A DNA stretch of 53,019 bases from Octopus sinensis (lineage: Eukaryota): contig NW_021834323.1 of the NCBI RefSeq assembly GCF_006345805.1, forward strand, positions 1 through 53,019, in the 5' to 3' direction. Position numbers and translations under genes: made by a program. The notes below the pieces were generated by a model, which ran no database searches, was not told the DNA's origin, and was given only the letters and a program-made list of their open reading frames with translations. Shown here in pieces: positions 38,812 to 52,063 of this stretch. Position 1 is the stretch's first letter. Every line of letters starts with the position of its first letter.

Positions 38812-39030
38812 CCCAGCATGGCCGCAGCTCGTGAGCTGAAACTAGATAAAATATAATATATATATTCTTTTATTTTTACTTGTTTCAATTTTTTGACTGC
38901 GGCCTTGCTGGAGTATCGCCTTTTATTCGAAGATATCGATCCCAGGACATTTTTGTTAGCCTAGAACTTATTCTATCGGACCCGTTTGCCGAACCGCTAA
39001 CTTACGGGGACCTAAGCACACCAGCATCGG
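38812..39030. mobile_element. Tail-to-tail pair of SINE family A 3' fragments
   Basis: + tail ccccagcatggccgcag...tgaaac (38812-38850) faces - tail ttacttgtttca...ctgcggccttgctgg...caccagcatcgg (38866-39030). Confidence 0.8.
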
Positions 39031-39074
39031 GATATCTGAAGAAGGAATTTTATTCGGAAATATCATATCAGACC
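39031..39074 (+). ncRNA. Degenerate type I hammerhead motif (probable Penelope pLTR remnant)
   Basis: gatat-CTGAAGA-a-ggaat ttt attcg-GAA-ATATCATAT-C-agacc. Core intact; stem I pairs 3/5 and stem II 4/5. Confidence 0.5.
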
Positions 39075-39240
39075 ATGGATGATTAAATTTCAACAGTTAT
39101 TATTGTCCATAGTTTGCATTATAGTGCATTGTTGTGTCATTCAAAACATTTTATTCGTTACAAACAATATACAATGCTTCAAGCGAACTACAATACACTT
39201 CTATCATAAAATCAAAAACGAAATATAAACTCTAATATCT

Positions 39241-39431
39241 GTTTCAAATTTTGGAACGAGGCCTACAATTTCGTTGGAGAGGGTAAGTCGATTACATCGG
39301 TCCCAGTGCTCACCTTCTACTTATTTTATTGACCACGAAAATATAAAAGGCAAAATCGACCTCGAGGAATTTGAACGAAATGCTGCTAAACATTTTGCTC
39401 GGAGTGCTAACGATTCTGCCACAGCGCCACC
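39241..39431 (-). mobile_element. SINE family B, diverged copy
   Basis: aaggcaaaatcgacctcgaggaatttgaac ... tgctaacgattctgccacagcgcc. Confidence 0.8.
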
Positions 39432-41255
39432 CGAATGTAAGCCCTAATATTACGGTATTAGTTTTAAATGCTCCACTTTAGTTTAAAATGTTAATTGTTA
39501 ATTGTGTTTGAAATTATATATTGAACTCGTAGTTAAACCAGCCGAGGGAAATGGAAAGACATGGGAGTTGCAACGTATCTCGGAAAGAATCTCGGGTATC
39601 ATAATGAGGAGGAATTCCGCCAGAATATAATTACAACTTGTGGCAGCGTTAAATGGAAAGGGGGAAATAATCGAAGAAACACGAAAGAAAGAAAAATACA
39701 TAAGATAAAAAAAAAAGGAAAGACGAATGAAAAGAAAGACAAATACAGAAAAAGATAGAATGAATGACTGAGAGAAATATTAATATGGAATGAAAGAAAA
39801 GAAGTTTAAATAAAACCAAAAAGATTAACGGATGCTGTCAACAATAAATATACGATAAACAACCTAGATAAAAAGGTTTTTATCTGGATTATTCTTATTT
39901 CTATTTACTAATAAAGTCAGTTTTTAGTAGACTGTAAATTTCAAATGAAATTACTATCGTTATATATTGAGCAATTTCCAACAGCCAACTAGACAAATTC
40001 ATTTCGTACATGACGTATTTGCCTTATAAAAAAATACATTTCATATCGATAAATTCAATCATGAATTCATTAACGCTAAAACATCAATAAAAATAAGCGA
40101 TTCTCTTGCCTTTGTGTATTTTATACATATGATACTGAAGATAAAAATTTCGCGCGATTTAGCAAATGAAAAATATTTTTTAAATATCACGTATTTAGTG
40201 CACGGTAATTAAATAGGAGAACATGTCGTGCATTTTCTAAAATGGTTTCGGCGACTAATTATATTTCGATCATTCACGAGCATTTTTACTAATATATATT
40301 TTCACGCTGCTTCTCCGCATTAGTTTGAATAATCGACAAGGTTAAAGTTGGAGTCACAGCTCTACAAGCTTTATTTTCTAGTAAAGTATACTGACTTTAG
40401 ATTCAGAAGTTTGCTCGGTTGCCAGTATTCTTCGTTAATTCGTTTATAAGAGTAGCGTTTGCATACGAATATATTTGTATATGTGTGTGTTTATATATAT
40501 AAATATATGTATGTGTATATATATATACACATATATACATATGTATGTATGTATGCATGTTTGTATGTATGTACATATGTATATATATATATATATATAT
40601 GCATGTATATATATATTCAAATGCATGTGCGTGTGTGTATATCTTTCTTGTGTGCATGTGAGAATTTATATATATATATATATATGATATGCATATATAT
40701 ATACCTATGTATATATACATACTTATATACATATATTATATACATAAGCACATACGTGGGCACACACATAAATAGGAGAAAGTTGTATGTGTGTATGTGT
40801 TTGCATGCGTGCGTGTGTGGTGTTTGTTAACATTTAACAAATGACAATGTCCTCATCAATTCATAATTGCTTTATCCGACCACTTCCACGCATCTCCCCC
40901 CCCTTTAATCATTATTTGCCGGGGTTTACCGCGTCTCTGTTTACAAGCGAATTCATCATTTACAACTATTACGATGCTGTTGATTTTACTACCTACGGCT
41001 AACTACTACTACTACTACTACTACCACCAGCACCACCACCGCCACGACTACTAACAGCACAACTATCACTAATTGCTTCTACTACTACTACTGCTGCTGC
41101 TACTACTACTACTACTACAGCCACCACCACTGCTACTACTAACTACATCTACCACAACTGCCACTACCACCAACATCACCAACACCAGAGCCCCTACCAT
41201 CATTACCACCACAACTACTACTACTTCTACCAACAACAGCAACAACAACAACAAC

Positions 41256-41324
<69 letters not shown>

Positions 41325-41326
<2 letters not shown>

Positions 41327-41850
41327 GTGCTATCATGTACATTGTTTTGTCTTGGTAAGTGCTATCATGTACATTGTTTTGTCTTGGTATAAAAGATGGG
41401 CTACAGCAAATATTCTGCTCAGTACCACAGATTTGCTTGTCAGTTGTTTGACCTTAACCAGTTGAGCATGTCCCTTAGTGGCTGACGATATGTGCATCTC
41501 TGATCACGAGCAGAAGTAGTGGGGGAGCATCATAGCCGTGTGTTGAGAGGGATTCTTTGGGGTTTGAATAATTCACTTTGGAAACATGGGTGTGCCGTTC
41601 AACATCTTAAAAACAACCTTATTCAGGACCTTCGAGTGGGATGGGTTACTCGACCTGAAGAAAATTCTAACTGGGCCCCACCTGCAAGGTCATGTGCTGT
41701 TATCTTGATATGAGATCACCATGTCGCGCACATATGGTGTGATGCATGTGCCTAGTGTACCCTTATCAGACGGGTAGTCATGATGGGTATATTGGGCTTC
41801 GTATATTTTACCCCAGTGTCACTTTGATGGCATGCACTGCTCTCTCACTC
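41325..41850 (+). mobile_element. (AAT)n-embedded retroelement 3' portion, family E copy 1
   Basis: Nearly identical to 46031-46465, sharing the 3' end cactc|aataataat with different 5' ends; flanked by (AAT)n on both sides. Confidence 0.8.
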
Positions 41851-42231
41851 AATAATAATAATAACCCTTTCTATTAAAGGCAGAAAGCCTGAAATTTGAG
41901 AGTGGAGGTTAAGTCGATGACATCGACGCCAGTACACCACTGGTACTTAATTTAAAAACCACAAAAGGCAACGGCTAATTGTAATTGCCTACCTTTGATG
42001 GTAATAATAAAGTTATGATTGTCTTCGCATTCGTCATTAATTCATCTTGGAACCCAAAAAAAAACCTCAAAATATTCATCCCCGCCTTTTTTCTTTTTTT
42101 ATAAATCTGAGATGCACCGAAATCACGGTTACATTGACATAGATTATCGTTCCAATTCTTCATTCCAATTGGTCGATGTACTTTTATCTGTCTATCTTAG
42201 ATATTCTCTAAATAATATTTCTAGAATTCAA

Positions 42232-42565
42232 GGCTGCGACCTGGCAGAATCGTTAGCATGCCGGGCGAAATGCTCAGCGGTATTTCGTCTGCCGTTACGT
42301 TCTGAGTCCAAATTCCGCCGAGGTCGACTTTGCCTTTCCTCCTTTCGGGATCGATAAATTAAGTACCAGTTATGCACTGGGGTCGATAAAATCGACTTAA
42401 TCCGTTCGTCTGTCCTTGTTTGTCCCCTCTGTTTTAGCCCCTTGTAAGGAAATAGGTATTTCGTCTGTCTTTATGTTCTTAGTTTAAAATTCCGCTTAGG
42501 GGGTCGATAAATTAAGTACCAGTTGCTTGCTGGCATCGATCTAATCGACTGGCCCACTCTCCCAT
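42232..42565 (+). mobile_element. SINE family B full-length copy plus second partial monomer
   Basis: Same dimeric layout as 15571-15968. Confidence 0.88.
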
Positions 42566-43739
42566 ATACATGCATACATGCATACGCCCACACAAACACA
42601 CATACACTGATACTTACATGCATGCATACATAGAAGAGTTGTGAAACCATGCCGTTCTAATGATCTGATGAGCTAGCTTTCGTTATCTGCTTTCATTTCT
42701 AAGTATACACCTGTATTCTATAATTCATAACATGCATATAAGTCTAGACATGTAAAATAACTCATACACTGAAATTATTATTGCGTGACGAGGGCTGCGA
42801 AACGGCTGTAATCTTAAGAATATCAAGCGGTTAGATAAATCTATTCACCTCATATACCTGTTGACATTTTATGGTTTATATTCTCCTCATGAAATAATTA
42901 TAATAATCTCGTCGATCGGATTTACAGAACTTCAGCTGCAAACAACTCTGCATTATACTCCTCTGTATTGGCTTACTAAGTTGTCTGTTAGCCGAGTCCG
43001 TTGGAGGAGCTGTCGATGGTAGCCACACAATTCTATGACTATATATGACTATACATACATTGTTACTTTATTTACTTTTATTTTCGTCCGTAGGTTCGGG
43101 CCATGAAAGTCAGAATAATGATTTGTTAAGATTTAAAACTGCATTAAATTCTGATAATTCGCTGTTCTTCTAATATCAAGGACTCGCCATACTTGTTTAC
43201 CTGTATGGCAACTGCGTACTTGCTATAACATATACATTCTCACATACACTCATATACATATATATATATAGACACCTCTGTGTACACACGCACTCACACA
43301 CATACACACAAATATATGAAAGTATGTATATATATATATATGTCAGCATACATACACACACACTATAGCTTCAAATAAAGATCTCTGTATCTCGGGGCAG
43401 CAAGTGATCATCAGATGATATTTGCAGGTGTTTCAACAAGTATGTCTTCTTTGTCCCACAGCATACTCCCTGCGTATATTGTTAACCAGATATCTTGTTG
43501 TTATTCTGCTTCCTGTCCTGTGTGGACTTGGAGTGTGTGTGTGCGTGTGTGTGTGCCTGTTTTGGAGTGAGCGCTGGTGCATGTATGCGCGTGCGTTAGT
43601 GATATAAAGATATTTGCCGTAGATAATGCTATATGATAGATAACACAGCTATTTTAGTTTTCACGTAATTAGCCAACTTGCAATAGAATGAACATGGATA
43701 TTTGTGCGTGTGTGTGAGTGTGTGTGTGTGTGTGTATCG

Positions 43740-44060
43740 ATGTGTGAGCTTGCAGATACATATATATATGTATAAATATATATATGTATAAATATATACG
43801 TACGTGTAGATATATATCTATACACACACATATGTATATATATATATATATGTGTGTGTATGTGTGTATGTGTGTGTTTGTGTGTGTGTGTACACACTAT
43901 ATACGTCTGTATACTCATATTTACATACTTATAAATATATATATTTATATACTTATATATACATACATATATATACTTATATATACATACATATATATAC
44001 ATATATATATACATACATATATATACTCATTTATACATACATATATGTACATATATACAT

Positions 44061-44100
<40 letters not shown>

Positions 44101-44135
44101 TATACATACACATATACACACACACACACACAGAC
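43740..44135. repeat. (TA)n/(TG)n/(CA)n compound microsatellite
   Basis: Directly visible. Confidence 0.92.
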
Positions 44136-44687
44136 ATTGTGTTTAATACCATATGCCCGAAGATAATGGTCCGATCAAACATTCCATTTTTATTTAATCC
44201 ACCTTTTCTTTTGAAATTTTAACCTTGTGATTCTATTAACTCCAGTGAGAGAAATATAGATTATTGTTATGGTTGGAGTTAGCTCTCCCATAGCAACCCA
44301 TATCTTTTCGAAACGGCCGTAAGACTTTATACATGTTCCAGGCTCCTTATGAATAATTTTCTTCCGCTTTATCTTCTTCTTCATTCGAACTTCACAAGTA
44401 CATTTATGGATTTAGATTTTTATATATTTATATTTATGAATTTTCGTGTATCTGTATGTATTTATATATTCTTAGAAATTTTGATATATCATATAGATGA
44501 ATGCATCAATGTATGTACTCTGTATACAATGGAGAATTTCGTTAATATGGATTGAATGAATATATACATCGACCTTTGAATTTGTTTTCTCCTCTCCTTA
44601 ATTTTATATATATATATATATATATACCGGAGTTTCACGTTCCCGAGTAACAGGTTTTGTTGAATTTCTGCTGCTTTTAAATAAAGT

Positions 44688-44727
<40 letters not shown>

Positions 44728-45177
44728 ATATATATATATCGATATAATAAAAAGGGTTGAATGAGGATTCGTCCTTTAATTGGAGTAGTTTCCAAAATAT
44801 TTCTAACGTTGATTCTTCATACTTTATTTTGGATTTACTGGTGTAAATTAGTGTATATATGAATAGTTATAGAAGTACAATATATGATTTAAGTTATAGA
44901 ACGAAGCTCGACAAATTCAATCATATTTTTCATAAATAGAGATTAGATATTAATGTGAGATAAAACATTTATTCAATTCGCTAGACGATCGTTTCGTACT
45001 GAAAGACAATAAATTCATCTTAAGAATCTGAATTGTCAAAGGTTACTCATCAGTAGCTCTAGAAGAAAATATAAGAACTTAATAAAGAAAAAAGTGGACT
45101 TAACAATTACATGGGTATTGTGTACTTACTTATTTTTAATGTGTAGTTACTTTAGGGGTCATGTCTATTTTTTTTAA

Positions 45178-45381
45178 ATGGCACAAGGCCTAATATTTTG
45201 GGGGAGTGGATAAGTCGATCACATAGACCCCAATGCTTGACTGATACTTTATTTATCGACCTTGAAAGAATGTGAAGCAAAGTCGACCTCGGCGGAATTT
45301 GAATTGAGGACGTAAAAACGGGCGAAATACTGCTAAACATTCTACCCGGCCGGCGTGATAACAATTCTACCAGCTCGCCGC
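45178..45381 (-). mobile_element. SINE family B copy
   Basis: gcaaagtcgacctcggcggaatttgaa ... aattctaccagctcgccgc. Confidence 0.82.
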
Positions 45382-45411
45382 TTTAATAATAATAATAATA
45401 ATTATAATAAA

Positions 45412-45458
<47 letters not shown>

Positions 45459-45469
45459 CAATGATAATG

Positions 45470-45530
<61 letters not shown>

Positions 45531-45532
<2 letters not shown>

Positions 45533-45945
45533 TGATCATAATATCTCAGCGAAAGAGTTTGACAAGCTCAGAAAATATAAAGACCTACTCATTGAAATTG
45601 AGAAAATGTGGCATCTCAAGGCGGTTACAATACCAGTGATCGTAGGAGGACTAGAAATGATCAAGAAGGGAACCGAAAATTATATGAGAATGATCCCTGG
45701 CTTACCATCCCTGCAAGAAGTGCAAAAGATTGTCTTAACTGGTACATCACATGTATTGAGAAGAGCATTGTCGATGTGAGAATTGTTGCTGCTCATGTAT
45801 TTTAATTTAACTTGAAAAAAAAAAAAAAGAACGAACTATTGAGTTTGGTTTAATGGCCTACCAATGTTACTATGAGTTTCTTTGCCCTAGGAGTCGGAAG
45901 ACACTCTGCAAGAAATGGAAGCAAATTTGAAAGAAGAAAAAAAAA
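45531..45945 (+). mobile_element. 5'-truncated R4/Dong-like non-LTR retrotransposon in (AAT)n
   Basis: Open frame 45531-45779, missed by the ORF track: CDHNISAKEFDKLRKYKDLLIEIEKMWHLKAVTIPVIVGGLEMIKKG...QEVQKIVLTGTSHVLRRALSM*. This is the C-terminal part of a restriction-like endonuclease domain (KxxKY..L, PVIVG). A 3' UTR follows, with (AAT)n on both sides. Confidence 0.9.
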
Positions 45946-45953
45946 GTAATAAA

Positions 45954-46002
<49 letters not shown>

Positions 46003-46030
46003 TAATAATAATAATAATAATAATATAATA

Positions 46031-46465
46031 TGCTCAATACCACAGATTTGCTTGTCAGTTGTTTGGCCTTAACCAGTTGAGCATGTCCCTTAGTGGCTGA
46101 CGATATGTGCATCTCTGATCACGAGCAGAAGTAGTGGGGGAGCATCATAGCCATGTGTTGAGAGGGATTCTTTGGGGTTTGAATAATCACCTCTGGAAAC
46201 ATGGGTGGTTCTTTCAACATCCTTAAACAACCTTATTCAGGGACCTTTTGAGCGGGATGGGCTACTCAACCTGAAGAAAATTCTAACTGGGCCCCACCTG
46301 CAAGGTCATGTGCTGTTTATCTTGATATGAGATCACCATGTCGCGCAATATGGTGTGTGACATGTGCCTGGTGTGGCCTTTATAGACGGTAGTCATGATG
46401 GTATATTGGGCTTCGTATATTTTACCCCAGTGTCACTTTGATGGCATGCACTGCTCGCTCACTCA
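46031..46465 (+). mobile_element. (AAT)n-embedded retroelement 3' portion, family E copy 2
   Basis: Matches 41415-41850 and ends in (AAT)n. Confidence 0.8.
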
Positions 46466-47489
46466 ATAATAATAATAATAATAATAAAATGCCAACAACG
46501 AGAATACTAAAAATGAACCCGACCGCTCTCAAAATTTAAATTTAAGAAACAGGTAACATAATCCAGAATCCTTGTTTGGTACTGGATCGATCCCAAAATC
46601 TAATCAGTTCGAGTCAGTCACATGGCCAAACATACCTGAAAGTTAGAAAAACTCTATCAATTTAAACGTCTGTGTTGTATTACATGAAGATATTTCGCTA
46701 CTGTCCCTGCCACTTCCCCTCCTTTAGCTTTCAGTCAGACTATGACATCTCTTATCCTTCACTCACCCCAGGACGCTGGGTGTGTCTTGGAAAGTAACTG
46801 GAACAAATATACAGATTAAAAGTAAATAATAACGATAAGGATAATAATTTTTTTTAAATGATAGTTGAGCACTGCGGTCAGTGTTTTCGACTGGCCGAAA
46901 TCATGTGATTAGTAGTCCTAGCAACGGAAATCTCACACTTGCAATGTAACAAGTAGTGCTTAAATGCACCACGAAACCATAAAAGAGATTCTTTTCATAA
47001 TAAAAAATCACATTGTGTGTTCTGACACTTCTCCTTTTTAGTGGAGATACATTTTAACTGTTGCTACTCGTAATGCTCCCGTCATTAAATCATTATTATT
47101 ATTTTTAATTATGCCTGTTGTTGTTGTTGGTGCTGTTGCTATCAGTTTTGTATTTCGCCTTTTATCATTATTGTGGATGTTGTTGTTGCTGTTCCTTGCT
47201 CTTTTATTGCATTGACGGCAACTGGAAGTTAAAACAACAAAGCAGTTCACGACCTTCCTGAGGTGGCGCCCACCCTTTTCAGTATTGTATCTCGGGTACT
47301 CCTTTCCCTTTCAGCTTTCACCTTGACATGTCGTTACGCTTGAATGACAATCTACGGGTTGTCATCATTTGTTGCGTTTCATAGGCAAATAACTGGGACA
47401 ATTAGAATAAATCGAATCTCGCCTCCACTTCGCCACCTCTACCTCATCACCGCCACCTCATCACCTCATCACCTCCACCTATCTTTCTC

Positions 47490-47492
<3 letters not shown>

Positions 47493-47531
<39 letters not shown>

Positions 47532-47616
47532 TCTCTTTCTTCTCTCTGTCTCCCTCTCTCTTCTCTTTCCTTGTATCACACTATCTGAAGAATGTAAGAT
47601 TTTATTTCTTTTACGG

Positions 47617-47693
<77 letters not shown>

Positions 47694-47717
47694 GTATCTA
47701 TCTATCTCTCTTTCTCT

Positions 47718-47767
<50 letters not shown>

Positions 47768-48072
47768 CAATGTGTATGTGTACGTATATATATATATATA
47801 TGTATGTATATGTATATATACACATACATATTTACGTGTACATATGGACATACATATGTATACACACACACACACATATATATGTATATATACACACCCA
47901 TCAAAACTTTTGATCACTCATACATAACTGATTCGTGTTGTTCGTAACCGCCCACATTCATGCAAACGATGAGTATATATATACATACATGTATGCATAT
48001 AGAAATACATATATATATATATAAATATATATATATACACACACACATGTATATATATGCATATATATATCA

Positions 48073-48107
<35 letters not shown>

Positions 48108-48120
48108 CACAAATGTGTCT
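47493..48120. repeat. (TC)n, (TCTA)n, (TA)n and (CA)n microsatellite cluster
   Basis: Directly visible. Confidence 0.9.
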
Positions 48121-48593
48121 CCATGTGTGTGTGTGCCTGTATGTGTGTAGTGTGTATCTTTCAACCCAAAATATCACCTGCCTCGTTAGACTACAATTCT
48201 CAAGTGCAAACACACAATGCACATGCGAACTAATGTATGAAAAACTAAAAAAGACTTATTTACGACACCCCTAAACACACACACGCCACAAACACACACA
48301 CACACAGAGTCACTAACAGACACACTCGCACACATACATGGTGGGTGGGACTGCTTTCCTTTCAAACATGCAACTTTGAAAGACACGATCGTGCTCGAGT
48401 TTTATCTTTTTCTCTTATTGACTTTTTTTTCAGATTTCCTTGTAAGTTCTTCTTTATGCTTAGTTTGGGACAATAACTTCTCTAAATCCATTCAAGACCT
48501 TTTTTCGGTCTCATCTTCTTTCTTTCAGAGACAGTCCATTGTATAGGATGTTATCAGGAGGTGTCATCCTATTTGTCATGCAAAGTGTCTTCT

Positions 48594-48642
<49 letters not shown>

Positions 48643-48675
48643 CTTTTTATATTTATATAGATATATATATATTAC

Positions 48676-48759
<84 letters not shown>

Positions 48760-48777
48760 TATATAATATATTATATA

Positions 48778-48978
48778 GTAATCTAAACAAGAAAGCACAA
48801 AAAAACACACAACCGCGAGGACGTGGAACAAATATAGTATTATTGGACGCTCAGGAAGAAGGAAAGAAGGAGGGTTTAACGTTTCGAGCGGAGCTCTTCG
48901 TCGGAAACATTGGAGAAGGAAAGATCCAGAGAAGGGAAGACAGAGAAAAAAATCGCAACGGTACACATGCGGTCACAT
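48778..48978 (-). mobile_element. ~200 bp Penelope-like (pLTR-type) element in (TA)n, copy 2
   Basis: Homologous end-to-end to 14264-14466; (TA)n on both sides. Confidence 0.72.
48874..48908 (-). ncRNA. Minimal type I hammerhead motif with U4C core variant
   Basis: Minus strand gttt-CCGACGA-a-gagc tcc gctc-GAA-ACGT-T-aaac: stem I gttt/aaac, stem II gagc/gctc, palindromic ACGT stem III, GUU triplet. Confidence 0.62.
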
Positions 48979-49191
48979 TTTGATATATTATATATATATA
49001 TATATCTATATATATATATATATCTATATATATATATATATATAGATATATATACACACACACACATATATATACACACACATTATAACTGTCTGTTTAT
49101 CTAGCTATCCATTTATCTCTATCTCCCCGACTACAACACCTCCACATATTGTATGTCTTATAGGTACAACAATACACACATGCGCATATAT

Positions 49192-49422
49192 CATCATCAT
49201 CATTTAACATCCGTTGTCAATGTTGGCATGGGTTGGACGGTTCGACCTGTACTGGCAAGCTGGAAAGCAGCACCAGACTCCAGCCTTTCTTAACGCCAGT
49301 CACTCTGAGAGTCTAATGGGCGCTTCTACATGTCACTGGCACGGGAGCCATTTGCGTGACACCGGTATCTGCCACGACTGCAATTTTGCTCGGCTTGATA
49401 GGTGTTCTTCTCAAGCACAGCA
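49192..49422 (-). mobile_element. SINE-like repeat fragment with (ATG)n tail
   Basis: Minus strand ends ccgtccaacccatgccaacattgacaacggatgttaaatgatgatgatg, a retroposon-type tail; single copy in the window. Confidence 0.55.
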
Positions 49423-49580
49423 TATATGTATGTACACACACACACATTCATATCCGCATGTATATTATGCGTCTATGTTTTATATTAAAAAATACGTATA
49501 AATATATACATACATATAGATATATATATATATATATATATATATAGATAGAGAGAGAGAGAGAGAGATGAGAGAGAGAA

Positions 49581-50769
49581 GAGGGTATCTCAAATGCATA
49601 TATACTTTAGCAGCTGATAACTCAATTGATGTTTTATTCAGATTAAACCCATTGGAATTAACGATGGCAAACTATTCCTTCTAAAATGCTACTGGAAGCG
49701 TGAAAATGCAGCTAAAGTGCAAAGACAATTTAGGAGGAAGTTTCAAACAGATTCACCAATGCGACTTACTATCACTCAAATTACAGATAAATTTGAAACC
49801 GATAGAACCGTTCAGAATGTCCACGAAAAGCGTTCAGGGAGACCACGAACATCGACAACCCCCCACAAAGCAAGAAGGAATACTGGAAAAGAATCAGCAA
49901 AGTCCAAGAAAATCTCTGTGGCAAGCGAGTCGTGTAGGCATTTCAAAATCATCTGTCCAACGCATTTTGAAGCGTTGTCAATGGAATAGTTACGTTCCAA
50001 AATTAGTCCATACTATTACGATGATCTCGACCGAAGAGTGCAGTATTGCGGGTGGTACTCGGCACGATGTGTGGAAGATGCACATTTTCCAACAAAGATT
50101 GTGTGGAGTGATGAGGGCCACATTCAAATTAAATGGTTCAATTAACCACCACAGTTGCACTTATTGAGGACCTTAGAATCCGCATGTTATGGTGGAACAC
50201 CATGTTAATTTACCAGGACTTACAGTGTGGTGTGGCTTATCATCAAGAGGATTAATTGGACCATTCTTTTTTAATGGTACTCTGACTGGTCCTGCTTACT
50301 TGAACTTGCTGCAGCAGTCTGTCATGCCAAGCATTGGAGAAGACTTTGAAGATGGGGAGTTTTATGTTCAGCAAGATGAGTGCACCTCCACACTACCATC
50401 GTGATGTTAGATCCTTCCTTAATGAGATCTTGCTAAACAGGTGGATTGGACGAGGGAGTTTCGTTGAATACCCTGCTCGTTCACCAGACCTCACACCACT
50501 ACACTTTTTTTATGGGGATACCTAAAAGACATAGTCTAGGCTACGAAACCTTCAACAGTCGCTGATTTGAGAGCGGCCATGGAACGAGAATGCACACAAA
50601 TACCAAACAAATTGTTTCGTGATGCTTCGCGTTGTCAGCAGTGCCTGGACCAGGCGTTGACAAAACAATAAAATAATGTCTGTAGATTCTATTAAATTTT
50701 AAAAATTAAATGTAATTTAATAATCACCCACTTTACAATTATTTAAATTGTGTATACAGTTGGGACACC

Positions 50770-50772
<3 letters not shown>
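49581..50772 (+). mobile_element. Decayed near-full-length Tc1/mariner-superfamily transposon (DD41D rosa/Visitor-like)
   Basis: Frameshifted peptides VQRQFRRKF..P.RLTI..I.DKFET...[43 protein letters not shown] and RWIGRG...PARSPDLTPL. Right TIR gggacaccctg|TA; degenerate left TIR gagggtatctcaaatg. Confidence 0.88.
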
Positions 50773-50827
<55 letters not shown>

Positions 50828-51140
50828 TGTGTGTGTGTGTGTGTGTGTGTGCGTGCATATGTGTATGTGTGTGTGTATTTTCCCCTGTTTACAATTAACA
50901 CGGAAACAATAGATAAACAGTTACCAGGGCAGCAAAAAGGTAAAAAGGGCGTAACACCAATAATACTAATGCTGTCTTCGAAACATGTGTCGGAAATAAA
51001 AGAATAACACCTGCGTTTAACACCATTTATATATGATCACTTTTATGCTTTATATACACGTATATATATCATGTATATACATACACGCTCACAACACACA
51101 CACACATACATATATACAACTTCATTGGACTCCCTGTGTG

Positions 51141-51172
<32 letters not shown>

Positions 51173-51748
51173 CTTGTGTTTCTGTACGTACAAATATATA
51201 AGTAAAACGTAAATATGAATGGAGTAAAACTAAAAACAACAAAAGCAGGTGAGGTGGCAACGGTCAATATCATTAATTTGATGCTCAAAGAGGGAAAGTT
51301 ATAAAGATTCGGAGACGTCTTTAGTTATGAAGGGAGAGTCCAGAGATTCTTCAGGTGTAGAAAATCCATATGTCACAACAATAAAACCAATGTGTGGGTT
51401 TAGCTAAGTGTAAATATAATCCGAATAAGAAGACAAAGAAAGTGTTTAATGAGTTACAATTGTTTCTGTAGCAACTGTTTTTAATGCCGATTCACTCAAA
51501 AGTTCCAGTTGAAAATTTACGTAATATTTGCGGTTTTCAAGATTAGAGAGGTACAAGTTCAGACCTGCATCAAAGATGTGCTCTTAAAGGCACAATAAAG
51601 GGCGCACATTTTGATAGCAGAGTTGGTACAGAAACAGTAACTCGTCATAAAGGATGGGATGAAATGTGGATCTCTGTATGTGCGCGTGTGCTTGTGTGTG
51701 TAAGCTAGCCGGTATATATATGTATATATATATATATATACAAAAAAT

Positions 51749-51975
51749 GGCAGCGAGCAGGCAGAAACGTTAGCACGCCGGGCGAAATGCGTTGCCGTAT
51801 TTCGTCTGCCGTTACGTTCCCAGTTCAAATTCCGCCGAGGTCGACTTTGCCTTTCATCCTTACGGGGTCGGTAAATTAAGTAGCAGTTACGCACTGGGGT
51901 CGATTTAATCGACTTAATCCCTTTGTCTGTCCTTGTTTGTCCCCTCTGTGTTTAGCCCCTTGGGGTAGAAATAAG
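51749..51975 (+). mobile_element. SINE family B, full-length copy
   Basis: ggcagcgagcaggcagaaacgttagcacgccgggcgaaatgc ... gtttagcccct. Confidence 0.88.
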
Positions 51976-52031
<56 letters not shown>

Positions 52032-52063
52032 GCGTGTGCATATGTATGTGTGTCGCTTCAAGA

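Noticed and set aside
42780-42815. GTGACGA...GAAACGGCTGTA hammerhead-like string
   Set aside because: C3 is missing, stem II is too short and stem I is unpaired; at best a very decayed remnant.
43440-43535. Acceptor-like tcttctttgtcccacag followed by a hydrophobic frame
   Set aside because: No convincing donor site and no recognisable protein similarity.
44305-44330. GAAACGGCCGTA, a hammerhead 3' half
   Set aside because: No CTGANGA box upstream.
44625-44690. Short insert in (TA)n resembling a pLTR 3' end; similar pieces at 24170-24255 and 51210-51300
   Set aside because: Too short and lacking a ribozyme core, so it cannot be classified from this window.
46545-46645. Possible Helentron/DINE-like fragment
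   Set aside because: Single short copy without termini; resemblance is from memory only.
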